DNA of 32,000 bases from an uncultured Opitutales bacterium (GTDB lineage Bacteria; Verrucomicrobiota; Verrucomicrobiia; Opitutales; Intestinicryptomonadaceae): contig CAKUIA010000010.1 in NCBI GenBank assembly GCA_934660865.1, forward strand, positions 30,001-62,000, read 5' to 3'. Under the pieces are notes generated by a model. That model was not told where the DNA came from. It saw only the letters and a program-made list of their open reading frames with translations, and made no database searches. Position 1 is the stretch's first letter; each line of letters starts with the position of its first letter. Position numbers and translations under genes: made by a program. Positions 23,857 through 31,710 of this stretch are shown here, one piece after another.

Positions 23857-23887
23857 AAAAAAATGCGCGTCTTTTGGGGCGCGCATT
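23857..23887 (-). terminator. Intrinsic terminator of the glycoside-hydrolase-like gene
   Basis: The minus strand reads AATGCGCG-CCCCAAAAGA-CGCGCATT-TTTTT. This is an 8-bp stem and a 10-nt loop, 29 nt after the stop at 23916. Confidence 0.65.
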
Positions 23888-23915
23888 AAAAAAAAGGTTA
23901 ATATTTATTAAAAGA

Positions 23916-25241
23916 CTATTGGCCTTTGTCGGTTTTTGCCTTTACCGTGTCGTAGATTTCGGCAAGGTAGTCGTCGAAATTTTCGTCTACCTCCTTCATT
24001 GGGTCTTTTGGTCTCCAATTATTTTCGTAAACGCAAAAGCGCCCCTTGTTGAAGATGTCGGTAAAGTCCCAACCATAGTTTGTGGAACTTTTTATCGTAT
24101 TCTTTAGCAGGGCTGGGGTTTCGGCGCCCCTAAAGTCGCTGCCGTTAAGCGTCATATGCTCGCTTATTGCCCAGTTGCGGTTTAGTATGCGGTTTATAGC
24201 CCTTACCCTTGCATACGCCTTGTCGTTTGGCGACCTTGTTTTTAAGTGCCAGCTCCAGTTTACCTGAATTATCTGCACGTCTTTAAGCGAAGCTAAAAAT
24301 ATTTCGGGGTTGCCCATGCGGTTTCGCATTGTCTCTTCAAGCGCGTCCAAATAGTCTACCGCCGCAAATACGGGCTTTTTGTAGGCGTCTTTAAAGGCTT
24401 TTATATCTTGGCTAACCCAGTCGCCCAAATTTTCGGCAAGGAAAATCCCGAAAACGGGGCTGTCTAAAAATTCGCGGCTTACGGGGTATTCGGCGGGCAT
24501 TTCGGGGGCGGGTATGGCGTTGTTTTGTATGTATTCTTTATACGCCTTTCTTGCCGCGGGCGAAAAATCCAAAGTTTTGTTGCCTATATATTGGGGTTCT
24601 ACGGTGCTTTCGAAATTTAGAATGTCTTTGTCGGCCAAAGCGCGGGCAAGGTTTGCGATATACAGGCGCGTGGCCTTAAGGTAGTTTTTGTCGAACAGCG
24701 AGGGAACGGCGGTGCCCTTGCCGTATTCGTCGTCTATGCACTTTTTGCCCGTGCTGTCTATTGCAATGGCGTCGGGAAAGCGCTTGAAAAACTGTTTGGG
24801 TATTGTGCCGCCGCCAACGCCGTAGGTTTCTACCGCAATGCTGGCAAACATTCCAAGCTCGTTAATTTTGTCGATTACCGCCTTTAGGGGGGCGGTGTCT
24901 ACGTCTATTGTGCCGTCGCCGTCGCGGTCGAACTGGTGCCAGTAGCAGTTTAAAACAAGGTTGTTAAAGCCCTTTTCCTTTATCACGGGCAGGTCTTCGG
25001 CGATAAAGCGCTCGCACTCTTTTTTGCTGCCGAAATTGCGCAGGGGCTTGCCCGTTTTTAAAAATGTGTATTTGCCGTCTACGTAAAGCCTGCCTTTGTA
25101 TAATTGGCAAAGCTTGCCGTTAACTTTTGCCTGATATGCAACCTTTGCGCCCTTGGGCAAAAGAATGTCGCCCGAGTCTGCGCGGGCGGTAAATGCAAAT
25201 GTAGTTAAAAACAAAAAAAGTAGCGCTTTTATGATATTCAT
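23916..25241 (-). CDS. Secreted glycoside-hydrolase-like TIM-barrel protein (GH42-like layout; family tentative)
   Basis: I call the start at the ATG at 25241 (MNIIKALLFLFLTTFAFTARA signal peptide; 441 aa). Segments NCYWHQFD..., FPDAIAIDSTGKK, FESTVEPQYIG and DFSPAARKAYKEYIQ parallel the order of conserved blocks in GH42-type beta-galactosidases. CDS confidence is high; the functional call is weak. Confidence 0.45.
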   Translation of the reverse strand: MNIIKALLFLFLTTFAFTARADSGDILLPKGAKVAYQAKVNGKLCQLYKGRLYVDGKYTFLKTGKPLRNFGSKKECERFIAEDLPVIKEKGFNNLVLNCYWHQFDRDGDGTIDVDTAPLKAVIDKINELGMFASIAVETYGVGGGTIPKQFFKRFPDAIAIDSTGKKCIDDEYGKGTAVPSLFDKNYLKATRLYIANLARALADKDILNFESTVEPQYIGNKTLDFSPAARKAYKEYIQNNAIPAPEMPAEYPVSREFLDSPVFGIFLAENLGDWVSQDIKAFKDAYKKPVFAAVDYLDALEETMRNRMGNPEIFLASLKDVQIIQVNWSWHLKTRSPNDKAYARVRAINRILNRNWAISEHMTLNGSDFRGAETPALLKNTIKSSTNYGWDFTDIFNKGRFCVYENNWRPKDPMKEVDENFDDYLAEIYDTVKAKTDKGQ

Positions 25242-25335
25242 CTTTGGCAATGTGTGTAAAAGTTGTTCGCGGCAATTACTAATTTTGCAAAATTTTGTGT
25301 CAAGCGCAAAGCCGTAAAAACACCCGCAAAATATA

Positions 25336-25376
25336 CAAAAAAACGAAACGCCCCCCGAAAAAAGGAGAGCGTTTCG
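25336..25376 (-). terminator. Probable intrinsic terminator of rpmG
   Basis: The minus strand reads CGAAACGC-(17 nt loop)-GCGTTTCG-TTTTTTT, starting 29 nt after the rpmG stop. The loop is long, so confidence is moderate. Confidence 0.5.
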
Positions 25377-25404
25377 CAAAAAAACGGTTATCTAAAAATA
25401 AAAA

Positions 25405-25575
25405 CTATTTCTTGATTTCCCTGTGCAAAGTTCTGCGCTTAAGAGAGGGATTGTACTTCATCTTTTCAACCTTCTCGGCCTGTTTGCGGGGATTGCGTGT
25501 TGTCATATAGCGCGAGGGGCGTTTGCCTTCTTTGCGCGCTTCTGTGCATTCTATGATTACTGTTTCTCTTGGCAT
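25405..25575 (-). CDS. rpmG: 50S ribosomal protein L33 (56 aa; absent from the ORF track because it falls below the size cut-off)
   Basis: Hand translation: MPRETVIIECTEARKEGKRPSRYMTTRNPRKQAEKVEKMKYNPSLKRRTLHREIKK. This has the L33 pattern (...Y.TT.N.R....K.E..KY.P......H.E.K). AAGAGGA lies 7 nt upstream of the ATG. Confidence 0.9.
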   Translation of the reverse strand: MPRETVIIECTEARKEGKRPSRYMTTRNPRKQAEKVEKMKYNPSLKRRTLHREIKK

Positions 25576-25765
25576 TTTATTGTCCTCTTAAAATTGTTAA
25601 AGTTATAAATGTGCCATATATTTTTTATTTTTCAACCTTTTTTTTAAGAAAGGCGCCGTTTGTTTAAATTTTTAGTTGTTGATGCCGATTTGTTTTGCGC
25701 AAAAGCGCGGCTTTTTGCGTATAAAATGCGCCGAATTTTGCTTTCGGGCTCTTTTGCCGAAGTTT

Positions 25766-25794
25766 TTGCAAAAAATTTACGCTTTATATATAAT
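25766..25794 (+). promoter_or_regulatory. Near-consensus sigma70-type promoter for the rubredoxin/FDP genes: TTGCAA-N17-TATAAT
   Basis: ttgcaa at 25766-25771, a 17-nt spacer, tataat at 25789-25794. The ATG lies 19 nt after the -10 element, preceded by AAAGGAAA. Confidence 0.45.
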
Positions 25795-25813
25795 AGAAAG
25801 GAAACAAAACCGT

Positions 25814-25978
25814 ATGAAAAAATATGTATGCAAGGTTTGCCAATATGTTTACGACCCCCAAAAGGGCGACCCCGATTCGGGTATAGCGGCGGGAACTTCG
25901 TTTGAAGACCTGCCCGACGACTGGGTTTGCCCCGTTTGCGGAGTAGGCAAAGACGAATTCGAGGAAGCCCAGGAATAG
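25814..25978 (+). CDS. Rubredoxin
   Basis: 54 aa: [51 protein letters not shown]. Both CxxC(G) iron-binding knuckles and the conserved Y.YDP / F.DLPDDW.CP.CG blocks are present. The track ORF (25676) begins at an upstream alternative start. Confidence 0.95.
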   Translation: MKKYVCKVCQYVYDPQKGDPDSGIAAGTSFEDLPDDWVCPVCGVGKDEFEEAQE

Positions 25979-26001
25979 CGTTTTTTTTGGCTTTTACAAA
26001 C

Positions 26002-26047
26002 AAGGTGCGTATAAAAGTGTTGCCCGAAGCATTTTTATATGCACCTT
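26002..26047 (+). promoter_or_regulatory. 15-bp inverted repeat / stem-loop between rubredoxin and the flavodiiron gene
   Basis: AAGGTGCGTATAAAA (26002-26016) pairs with TTTTATATGCACCTT (26033-26047), with one G-U pair and a 16-nt loop, and is followed by TTTGTTTG. It could be a partial terminator, an RNA-stability element or a palindromic operator. Confidence 0.35.
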
Positions 26048-26076
26048 TGTTTGCCGCATACAACAGACAAAAAGAA

Positions 26077-27249
26077 ATGACTTTTCAGGAAATAGCAAAA
26101 AACGTTATAGCCGTCAGAACCGACGACGCCGAAAGAAAACTGTTCGACCAGCTTGTTCCGCTACCCGAGGGCACAAGCTACAATTCGTATATAATTAGGG
26201 GGCAAAATGCCGTTATGCTGGTAGACGGCACCTACGCGCCCAAAGCAGGCGAATTTATAGCCTACCTAAGGCAAAACGGCGTGGACAAAATAGACTACAT
26301 TGTGGCCAACCACGGCGAGGAAGACCACACGGGAGCGTTGCCCGAAATGCTAAAGGCGTATCCTTCGGCGAAAGTTCTTACAAATGCAAAGTGCGCCGAA
26401 ATAATCAAAGACGCCCTGCATATACCCGCCGAAAAAATCGAAATTTTTGCCGACAACCAAAGCTACGATTTGGGCGGCAAAACCGTAAAATTTATGCTGG
26501 CGCCGTGGGTGCATTGGCCCGATACCTCGTTTGCGTATTTGCCGGAGGACAACATTTTGTTTTCGACAGACTTTTTCGGGGCGCACATTGCCAGCGACAG
26601 GGTGTTTTCGCCCGACAATGCCGAAACCGCGCTTGCCGCAAAGCGCTATTACGCCGAAATTATGCAGCCTTTTGCTAACTTTTGCCTAAAATACTGCGGC
26701 GTTGTAAGAAAACTAAACCCCGCAATTATTGCGCCAAGCCACGGCCTTGTTTATAAAAATCCCGATTTTATAATAAGCTTGTACGAAAAGTGGGCAAACC
26801 CCGTTCCCGAAAAGAAGGTTGTTATTGCATATGTTTCAATGTACGGGCATGTGGGGCAAATGTGCAAGGTTTTAAACGAGGCTTTGATAGAAGAGGGCGT
26901 AAAAACCGAGCTTATAGACATTGCCGAAAAGGACATAGGCGAATTTGCAATGTCGCTTATAGGCGCTTCGGTGCTGGTTGTAGGGGCTTCTATGGTATTG
27001 GCGGGGCCGCACCCGGTTGCGGTTTCGGCGTGCTATGTGGCGAACTTGCTTAGGCCGAAAATAAAATATTTGTCGGTAATAGGCTCGTTTGCGTGGGGCG
27101 GGGTTCTGCAAAAAAAGATAGAGGAACTGTTTGCGACAACAAAGCCCGAAAGATTGCCCGACGTTATCGTAAAAGGCGCTGCAAGCGACGGGCAAATGCA
27201 GCAGGTTAAAGAGCTTGCAAAAACCATAGCCGAAAAATTAAGGCAATAG
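26077..27249 (+). CDS. Flavodiiron protein (FprA / rubredoxin:oxygen oxidoreductase type): metallo-beta-lactamase-like diiron domain plus flavodoxin domain
   Basis: I call the start at the ATG at 26077 (MTFQEIAKNV...; 390 aa). The diiron ligand motif HxExDH is present as NHGEEDHTG. The C-terminal ~140 aa is flavodoxin-like (KVVIAYVSMYGHV...). Lies directly downstream of rubredoxin. Confidence 0.9.
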   Translation: MTFQEIAKNVIAVRTDDAERKLFDQLVPLPEGTSYNSYIIRGQNAVMLVDGTYAPKAGEFIAYLRQNGVDKIDYIVANHGEEDHTGALPEMLKAYPSAKVLTNAKCAEIIKDALHIPAEKIEIFADNQSYDLGGKTVKFMLAPWVHWPDTSFAYLPEDNILFSTDFFGAHIASDRVFSPDNAETALAAKRYYAEIMQPFANFCLKYCGVVRKLNPAIIAPSHGLVYKNPDFIISLYEKWANPVPEKKVVIAYVSMYGHVGQMCKVLNEALIEEGVKTELIDIAEKDIGEFAMSLIGASVLVVGASMVLAGPHPVAVSACYVANLLRPKIKYLSVIGSFAWGGVLQKKIEELFATTKPERLPDVIVKGAASDGQMQQVKELAKTIAEKLRQ

Positions 27250-27285
27250 AAAATCCGAATTTTTTGCGAAATCTTTAAACAAAAA

Positions 27286-27314
27286 AGCCCCGAAATTTTT
27301 TGCGTTTCGGGGCT
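27286..27314. terminator. Bidirectional intrinsic terminator between the convergent FDP and DegT-family genes
   Basis: AGCCCCGAAA-ttttttgcg-TTTCGGGGCT is a perfect 10-bp stem. It is followed by TTTTTT on the minus strand (strong) and by TACTTTTG on the plus strand (weaker). Confidence 0.8.
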
Positions 27315-27347
27315 TACTTTTGCGCCTTTTTTTATTCGCCTTTAGCC

Positions 27348-28523
27348 CTACTTTTGCGCAGTTTTCAGCACTGTTTTTACGGACTTTGCCGCCTGGTACA
27401 AGTCGCACTGTTTTATTGTTGGGTGCACCAAAAACATAAGCGATGTTTCGCCGAGCCTGTATGCGTTTTCAAGCTCGCTTTTGCCCTTGTTCCAGCCCTT
27501 TTTTACAAAGCACTTTTCCTCCGAAATGTTCGGGCACGAACCCGAATAGCATGGCACGCCCAGCTTCGAAATTTCGTCGATAATCCTGTCGCGCGACCAC
27601 CCGCTTTTTAGGCGGTCGGGCTCCACAAAACAGTAGTGCTTGTATTTTGCGTGCCTTACGTTTCCGGGAATTTTCTCGAGCCTAATGCAGTTAAATTCCG
27701 ACAAAACCGAATTGTATACCGCGGCATTTTGGTTGCGCGCCTTTATCCAGCTCTCCAGATTATTGTAGCCGTATATGCCGAGGGCCGCCTGCATTTCCGT
27801 CATTCTAAAATTTGTGCCGAAGCTTTCTGCAAGCCACCTAAACCCCTTTTTTTTCGCGGGGGCAAACACTTCGGCGTAGCTTTTGCCGTGGTCTTTATAT
27901 TCCCACATTTTGCGCCACAAATCTTCGCTGTTGGTGGTAACGGCGCCGCCTTCGCCGCCCGTTGTTATGATTTTGTCCTGGCAATAGCTAAAGGCCGCAA
28001 TGTCGCCGATAGAGCCTACGGGCTTTCCCTTGTAGATTGCGCCGTGTGCCTGCGCGCAGTCTTCTATCACATACAAATTGTGCTTTTTTGCTATGGCGCA
28101 AATTTTGTCCATATCGCACGGCATACCCGCCAAGTGCACAGCAACAACGGCCTTGGTGTTTTCGTTTACGGCGTTTTCTATGGCCTCGGGCAAAATGTTT
28201 TGGGTGTTTATGTCTACATCTACAACCGAAATTTTTGCACCCAAAACCGCCGCGGCCGAAGCCGACGCAATGAAAGTTCTGCAGGGGACAATAACTTCGT
28301 CGTTTGCCTTTATGCCTATGGCCCTGAATGCAAGCTCTAGCGCAAGCGAGCCGTTTGCCACGGCAACTGCGTATTTGCACTTTACGCTTTCGCAAATCTT
28401 CGACTCTAATTCGGTATTTAAGGCGCCCGTCCACCTGTTTACTTTGCCCGAACGCAAAACGTCGCAAACCGAATCTATGGCGTCTTGCCCGAAAAAGGGC
28501 CAATTTTTAAAACTGCTTTCCAT
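27348..28523 (-). CDS. DegT/DnrJ/EryC1/StrS-family PLP-dependent sugar aminotransferase
   Basis: 391 aa. Family-typical blocks: N-terminal FGQDAIDSV..VLRSG....G, ANGSLALELA, VIVP..TFIASA, and the SF...K segment (AAFSYCQDKIITTGGEGGAV) holding the putative PLP lysine. Confidence 0.85.
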   Translation of the reverse strand: MESSFKNWPFFGQDAIDSVCDVLRSGKVNRWTGALNTELESKICESVKCKYAVAVANGSLALELAFRAIGIKANDEVIVPCRTFIASASAAAVLGAKISVVDVDINTQNILPEAIENAVNENTKAVVAVHLAGMPCDMDKICAIAKKHNLYVIEDCAQAHGAIYKGKPVGSIGDIAAFSYCQDKIITTGGEGGAVTTNSEDLWRKMWEYKDHGKSYAEVFAPAKKKGFRWLAESFGTNFRMTEMQAALGIYGYNNLESWIKARNQNAAVYNSVLSEFNCIRLEKIPGNVRHAKYKHYCFVEPDRLKSGWSRDRIIDEISKLGVPCYSGSCPNISEEKCFVKKGWNKGKSELENAYRLGETSLMFLVHPTIKQCDLYQAAKSVKTVLKTAQK

Positions 28524-28716
28524 ATAAAATTTTTTAAAACCGCTGGGGTGTGTTTAGCTGCAAATTCTCGGCCTACAATGCCGTTGCCAACATAGCTTGT
28601 CAAGTTTTTAGGGGCTGTGCAAAAGCTTGGGTGCAAACACCGGTCAAGCGCAAGAAGCGTTTTGCCTCGGCGAATATCGGTTTGACAAAAAGCCCTCTTT
28701 ATTGTGTTTATTGCTT

Positions 28717-29595
28717 GTGAAATATTTTTTTATAGACGGACACAATTTAAGTTTTAGAAGCTTTTACGCTTTGCCCGATTTGCGGAACAAAGAGTCGTTC
28801 CCGACGGGGGCTTTGCACGCGTTTTCGGCGGCGATTTTCGGTTTTGCGTCTATGCACTGCCCGCACGATACCGCAATATTTTTCGACAAGGGGCGCTCGA
28901 AAAGGCACACCGAAATACGCCCACAATACAAGGCAAACCGCTCGTCTATGCCCGACGATATGCGCCTGCAAATGCCGTATATAAAGGAAATATGCAGCGC
29001 AATGGGCTTTGCGGTTGTAGAGCGCGAGGGCATAGAAGGCGACGACCTTTTGGGCAGCGCGGTGCAAAAGGTAAAAGACAGCGCCGAGGAGATATACATT
29101 CTAAGCTCCGACAAGGATTTTGCCCAGTTGGTTGCCCCAAAAATATACCAGCTTTTGCCGCCCGCAAAATCGGCCGACGGTTGGCGGCAGCTAGACATTG
29201 TTGCAGTACGCGCAAAGTTCGGGGTTTCGCCGGCGGAAATGGTAGACTACCTTTCGCTTATGGGCGACAACGCCGACAATATAGAGGGCCTTGTCGGCGT
29301 TGGCCCCAAAACCGCCGCAAAATGGATTAAGGATTTCGGCTCGGTAGAAAACATAATAAAGCGCGCCGACTGGATTAAGCCCGAAAAATTCAGGGCGCAG
29401 ATTGCCGAAAAAGCCAATTTGCTTATGGACAACACACGGTTGATACGCCTTAAATGCGACTACGACATCGGCCCGCTGGAAAACCGCAAGCCCGACTTTG
29501 AAAGGCTTGTGCAAATTTTCGAAAAAATGGCGCTTAAAAGGTCTATGGAACTGCTTAAACGCTACGCTTGGCAAGATTGGCAGGTAAGGCTATGA
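28717..29595 (+). CDS. Stand-alone 5'-3' exonuclease / flap endonuclease (Pol I N-terminal-domain homologue)
   Basis: FFIDGHNLSFRSFYAL, YKANR, VVEREGIEGDDLLGS, SSDKDFAQL and the H3TH block GDNADNIEGLVGVGPKTAAKWI. The start is uncertain: I chose the GTG at 28717, with TTGs at 28702 and 28711 as alternatives. The track's TTG at 28627 would place a TTGACA box (28682) inside the gene. Confidence 0.8.
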   Translation: MKYFFIDGHNLSFRSFYALPDLRNKESFPTGALHAFSAAIFGFASMHCPHDTAIFFDKGRSKRHTEIRPQYKANRSSMPDDMRLQMPYIKEICSAMGFAVVEREGIEGDDLLGSAVQKVKDSAEEIYILSSDKDFAQLVAPKIYQLLPPAKSADGWRQLDIVAVRAKFGVSPAEMVDYLSLMGDNADNIEGLVGVGPKTAAKWIKDFGSVENIIKRADWIKPEKFRAQIAEKANLLMDNTRLIRLKCDYDIGPLENRKPDFERLVQIFEKMALKRSMELLKRYAWQDWQVRL

Positions 29596-30455
29596 TAAGG
29601 AGCATGACCGGCTTCGGCGGCGCAAACGCCGAGGTAGACTCGGTAAAATACGAAATATCCGTTTCGGGCATAAACCGAAAGGGATTCGAGTTTGCGGCGT
29701 CTTTGCCGAGGGAATTGGCCGTTTTAGAGCCGAAAATTGCGGCTTTGGCAAGGGAAAATTCATCGAGGGGCAGGGTGTATGTTTGCGTGCAAAAGGCGCA
29801 AAATGCGTCTTTTGGATTCAACGAGGCGGCCTTTGCCAAAACGCTTTCCGACTTTGCGGAGCTTTGCGCAAAAAACGGCATACAATGCAAATTGGATTCC
29901 CAAACCGTGCTGGCCCTTACCGAAAAATGCCAGCTGGCGCAAAGTTCCAACATACAAGCCGTTTTCGAACGGCTTTTGCCCCACATAAAAAAGGCTTTAA
30001 AAGACTTTAACGATATGCGCGCAAAAGAGGGCGTTGCCCTGAAAGACGATTTCCTGAAAAGGCTGGAAAAGCTGTCGAAAATGCGCGGCGACTTGGCCGA
30101 TTTGTCGAAAGACTGCGTGCAGCTTCGCACCGCGCAGATTTTGGAAAGGCTAAACTCGCTAAACCTCGGCGTCGACGGGAAAGACCCCGCCGTTATGCGC
30201 GAGATTGTGCTTTACGCCGACAAAACCGATATTTCCGAAGAGCTTACCCGAATTTCGAGCCACATTGCGCAGTTTAAGTCGCTGCTGGACTCAACCGAAA
30301 CTGCGGGGCGAAAACTCGACTTTTTGTGTCAGGAGCTTTTTAGGGAAATAAACACGCTTTCGAGCAAGGCCGCAAAGCTTGAGTGCGTAAAAATCGCCGT
30401 AGATTTTAAAAACGAACTGGAACGCATACGCGAGCAGGTTCAAAATGTGGAATAA
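29592..30455 (+). CDS. yicC: YicC-family protein (stress-induced; family reported to have endoribonuclease activity)
   Basis: The start MIRSMTGFG is the characteristic YicC N-terminus. The C-terminal DUF1732-like block is EELTRISSH...GRKLDFLCQELFREINTLSSKA. The ATG at 29592 forms an ATGA overlap with the exonuclease stop. Confidence 0.85.
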   Translation: MIRSMTGFGGANAEVDSVKYEISVSGINRKGFEFAASLPRELAVLEPKIAALARENSSRGRVYVCVQKAQNASFGFNEAAFAKTLSDFAELCAKNGIQCKLDSQTVLALTEKCQLAQSSNIQAVFERLLPHIKKALKDFNDMRAKEGVALKDDFLKRLEKLSKMRGDLADLSKDCVQLRTAQILERLNSLNLGVDGKDPAVMREIVLYADKTDISEELTRISSHIAQFKSLLDSTETAGRKLDFLCQELFREINTLSSKAAKLECVKIAVDFKNELERIREQVQNVE

Positions 30456-30510
30456 AAGTGTTGAAATAAGCCGATTTTTGTAGGAGTATAAATCCCGAAT
30501 ACTTACAAAT

Positions 30511-31710
30511 ATGATGAGAGCTTTTTTAATTCTGTTTTCGGTGCTTGCGCTTTTTTGCGGTTTTGCAAATGCGCAGGGCATTTCCGGCGGCGTAGTTTCA
30601 ATCGACAAGGGGCTTAGCAAGGCGCCCGTATACAACATCGCCGTTTCCTCGGATTCCCCCGAACTTAAGGCCGCGGCAACCCGCGCGTTTTCAAGCCACG
30701 GTAGCTACAACATTGTGCAGGAAAAATCCTCGCAGTTTGTTTTCCACTTTACCAGCGTTGGCGTAAATGCGGTAAAGCTTTCGATTAAAGGCGGCGGCAC
30801 ATTCGAGCAGATTGTTTACGGCGACAACACCTTTAACGCCCTAATGCGCGCGTGCGACTTGGCGGTTGTAAAAACCCTCGGCGGCAACGGCTATTTTGCG
30901 GGCAAAATAACCTTTGCAAGCGACAAAACCTCGTTTAAGGAAATCTACGCGGGCGACTTGTTCTTTAACAGGGTTCGCCAGCTTACAAACGACAAATCCG
31001 AATCTATATTCCCCCTTTGGAGCGCCGACGGCACTAAAATTTTGTATTCTGGCTACTACAGGTCGGGCTTTATGGATTTGTACGAGCTTGATTTAAGCAA
31101 GGGCACAAGAAGGCCCTTTGCCCAATACAGGGGCGCAAACGCAGGCGGCGCGCCAAGCCCCGACGGCAGCAGGGTTGCAATGATTTTAACTACAAGCGGC
31201 AACGCCGAAATTTGGCTTGCAGACTCCAACGGGCGCAACGTTAAAAGGCTTACAAAAACGCAGGCTGTGGAATCTTCGCCGAACTGGTCGCCCGACGGCA
31301 AAACTTTGGTGTTTGCCTCCGACGCGCGCGGCGGCCCGCAAATCTACAAAATGTCGGTTAACGGCGGCAAGTTTGTAAGAGTGCCCACAAACATAAGCGG
31401 CTATTGCTCGGAGCCTTCGTTTAACCCAGTAGACCCGTCTAAAATAGTGTTTACGGCCGCAGTTGCAAGGGGCTTTCAGGTTGCGGTATACGACGCCAAA
31501 GAGCGCAAAAGCAAGTTTGTAACCTCGGGCTCGGAAAGGTGCTCGCAGCCCAAGTGGCTTGCCGACGGCCGCCACATAATATTTACAAAGGAAAAGGGCG
31601 GCAAACGCTCGTTGTGGATTGTAGACTCGGAAAGGGGCAAGCAGACTTTGCTTCACTCGAAGTCTATAGGCAACTGCTGCGAAGCAAGCTACTTTTACCC
31701 CGTACGATAA
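30511..31710 (+). CDS. tolB: TolB-like periplasmic beta-propeller protein
   Basis: 399 aa. Signal peptide (MMRAFLILFSVLALFCGFANA) and repeated PD40/WD40-like blades (P.WS.DG..I.F.S.R.G...I...): WSADGTKILYS, SPDGSRVAMIL, NWSPDGKTLVFASDARGGPQIY and PKWLADGRHIIFT. Confidence 0.75.
   Translation: MMRAFLILFSVLALFCGFANAQGISGGVVSIDKGLSKAPVYNIAVSSDSPELKAAATRAFSSHGSYNIVQEKSSQFVFHFTSVGVNAVKLSIKGGGTFEQIVYGDNTFNALMRACDLAVVKTLGGNGYFAGKITFASDKTSFKEIYAGDLFFNRVRQLTNDKSESIFPLWSADGTKILYSGYYRSGFMDLYELDLSKGTRRPFAQYRGANAGGAPSPDGSRVAMILTTSGNAEIWLADSNGRNVKRLTKTQAVESSPNWSPDGKTLVFASDARGGPQIYKMSVNGGKFVRVPTNISGYCSEPSFNPVDPSKIVFTAAVARGFQVAVYDAKERKSKFVTSGSERCSQPKWLADGRHIIFTKEKGGKRSLWIVDSERGKQTLLHSKSIGNCCEASYFYPVR

Noticed and set aside
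25242-25379. 46-codon N-terminal extension of the glycoside-hydrolase-like ORF
   Set aside because: The extension overlaps the rpmG terminator hairpin. The internal ATG at 25241 is followed directly by a clean signal peptide.
25644-26063. 139-aa minus-strand ORF opposite rubredoxin, and the upstream extensions of the rubredoxin (25676) and FDP (25927) ORFs
   Set aside because: Rubredoxin is unambiguous on the plus strand. The extensions run through the promoter and intergenic sequence, use alternative start codons and add non-homologous basic residues.
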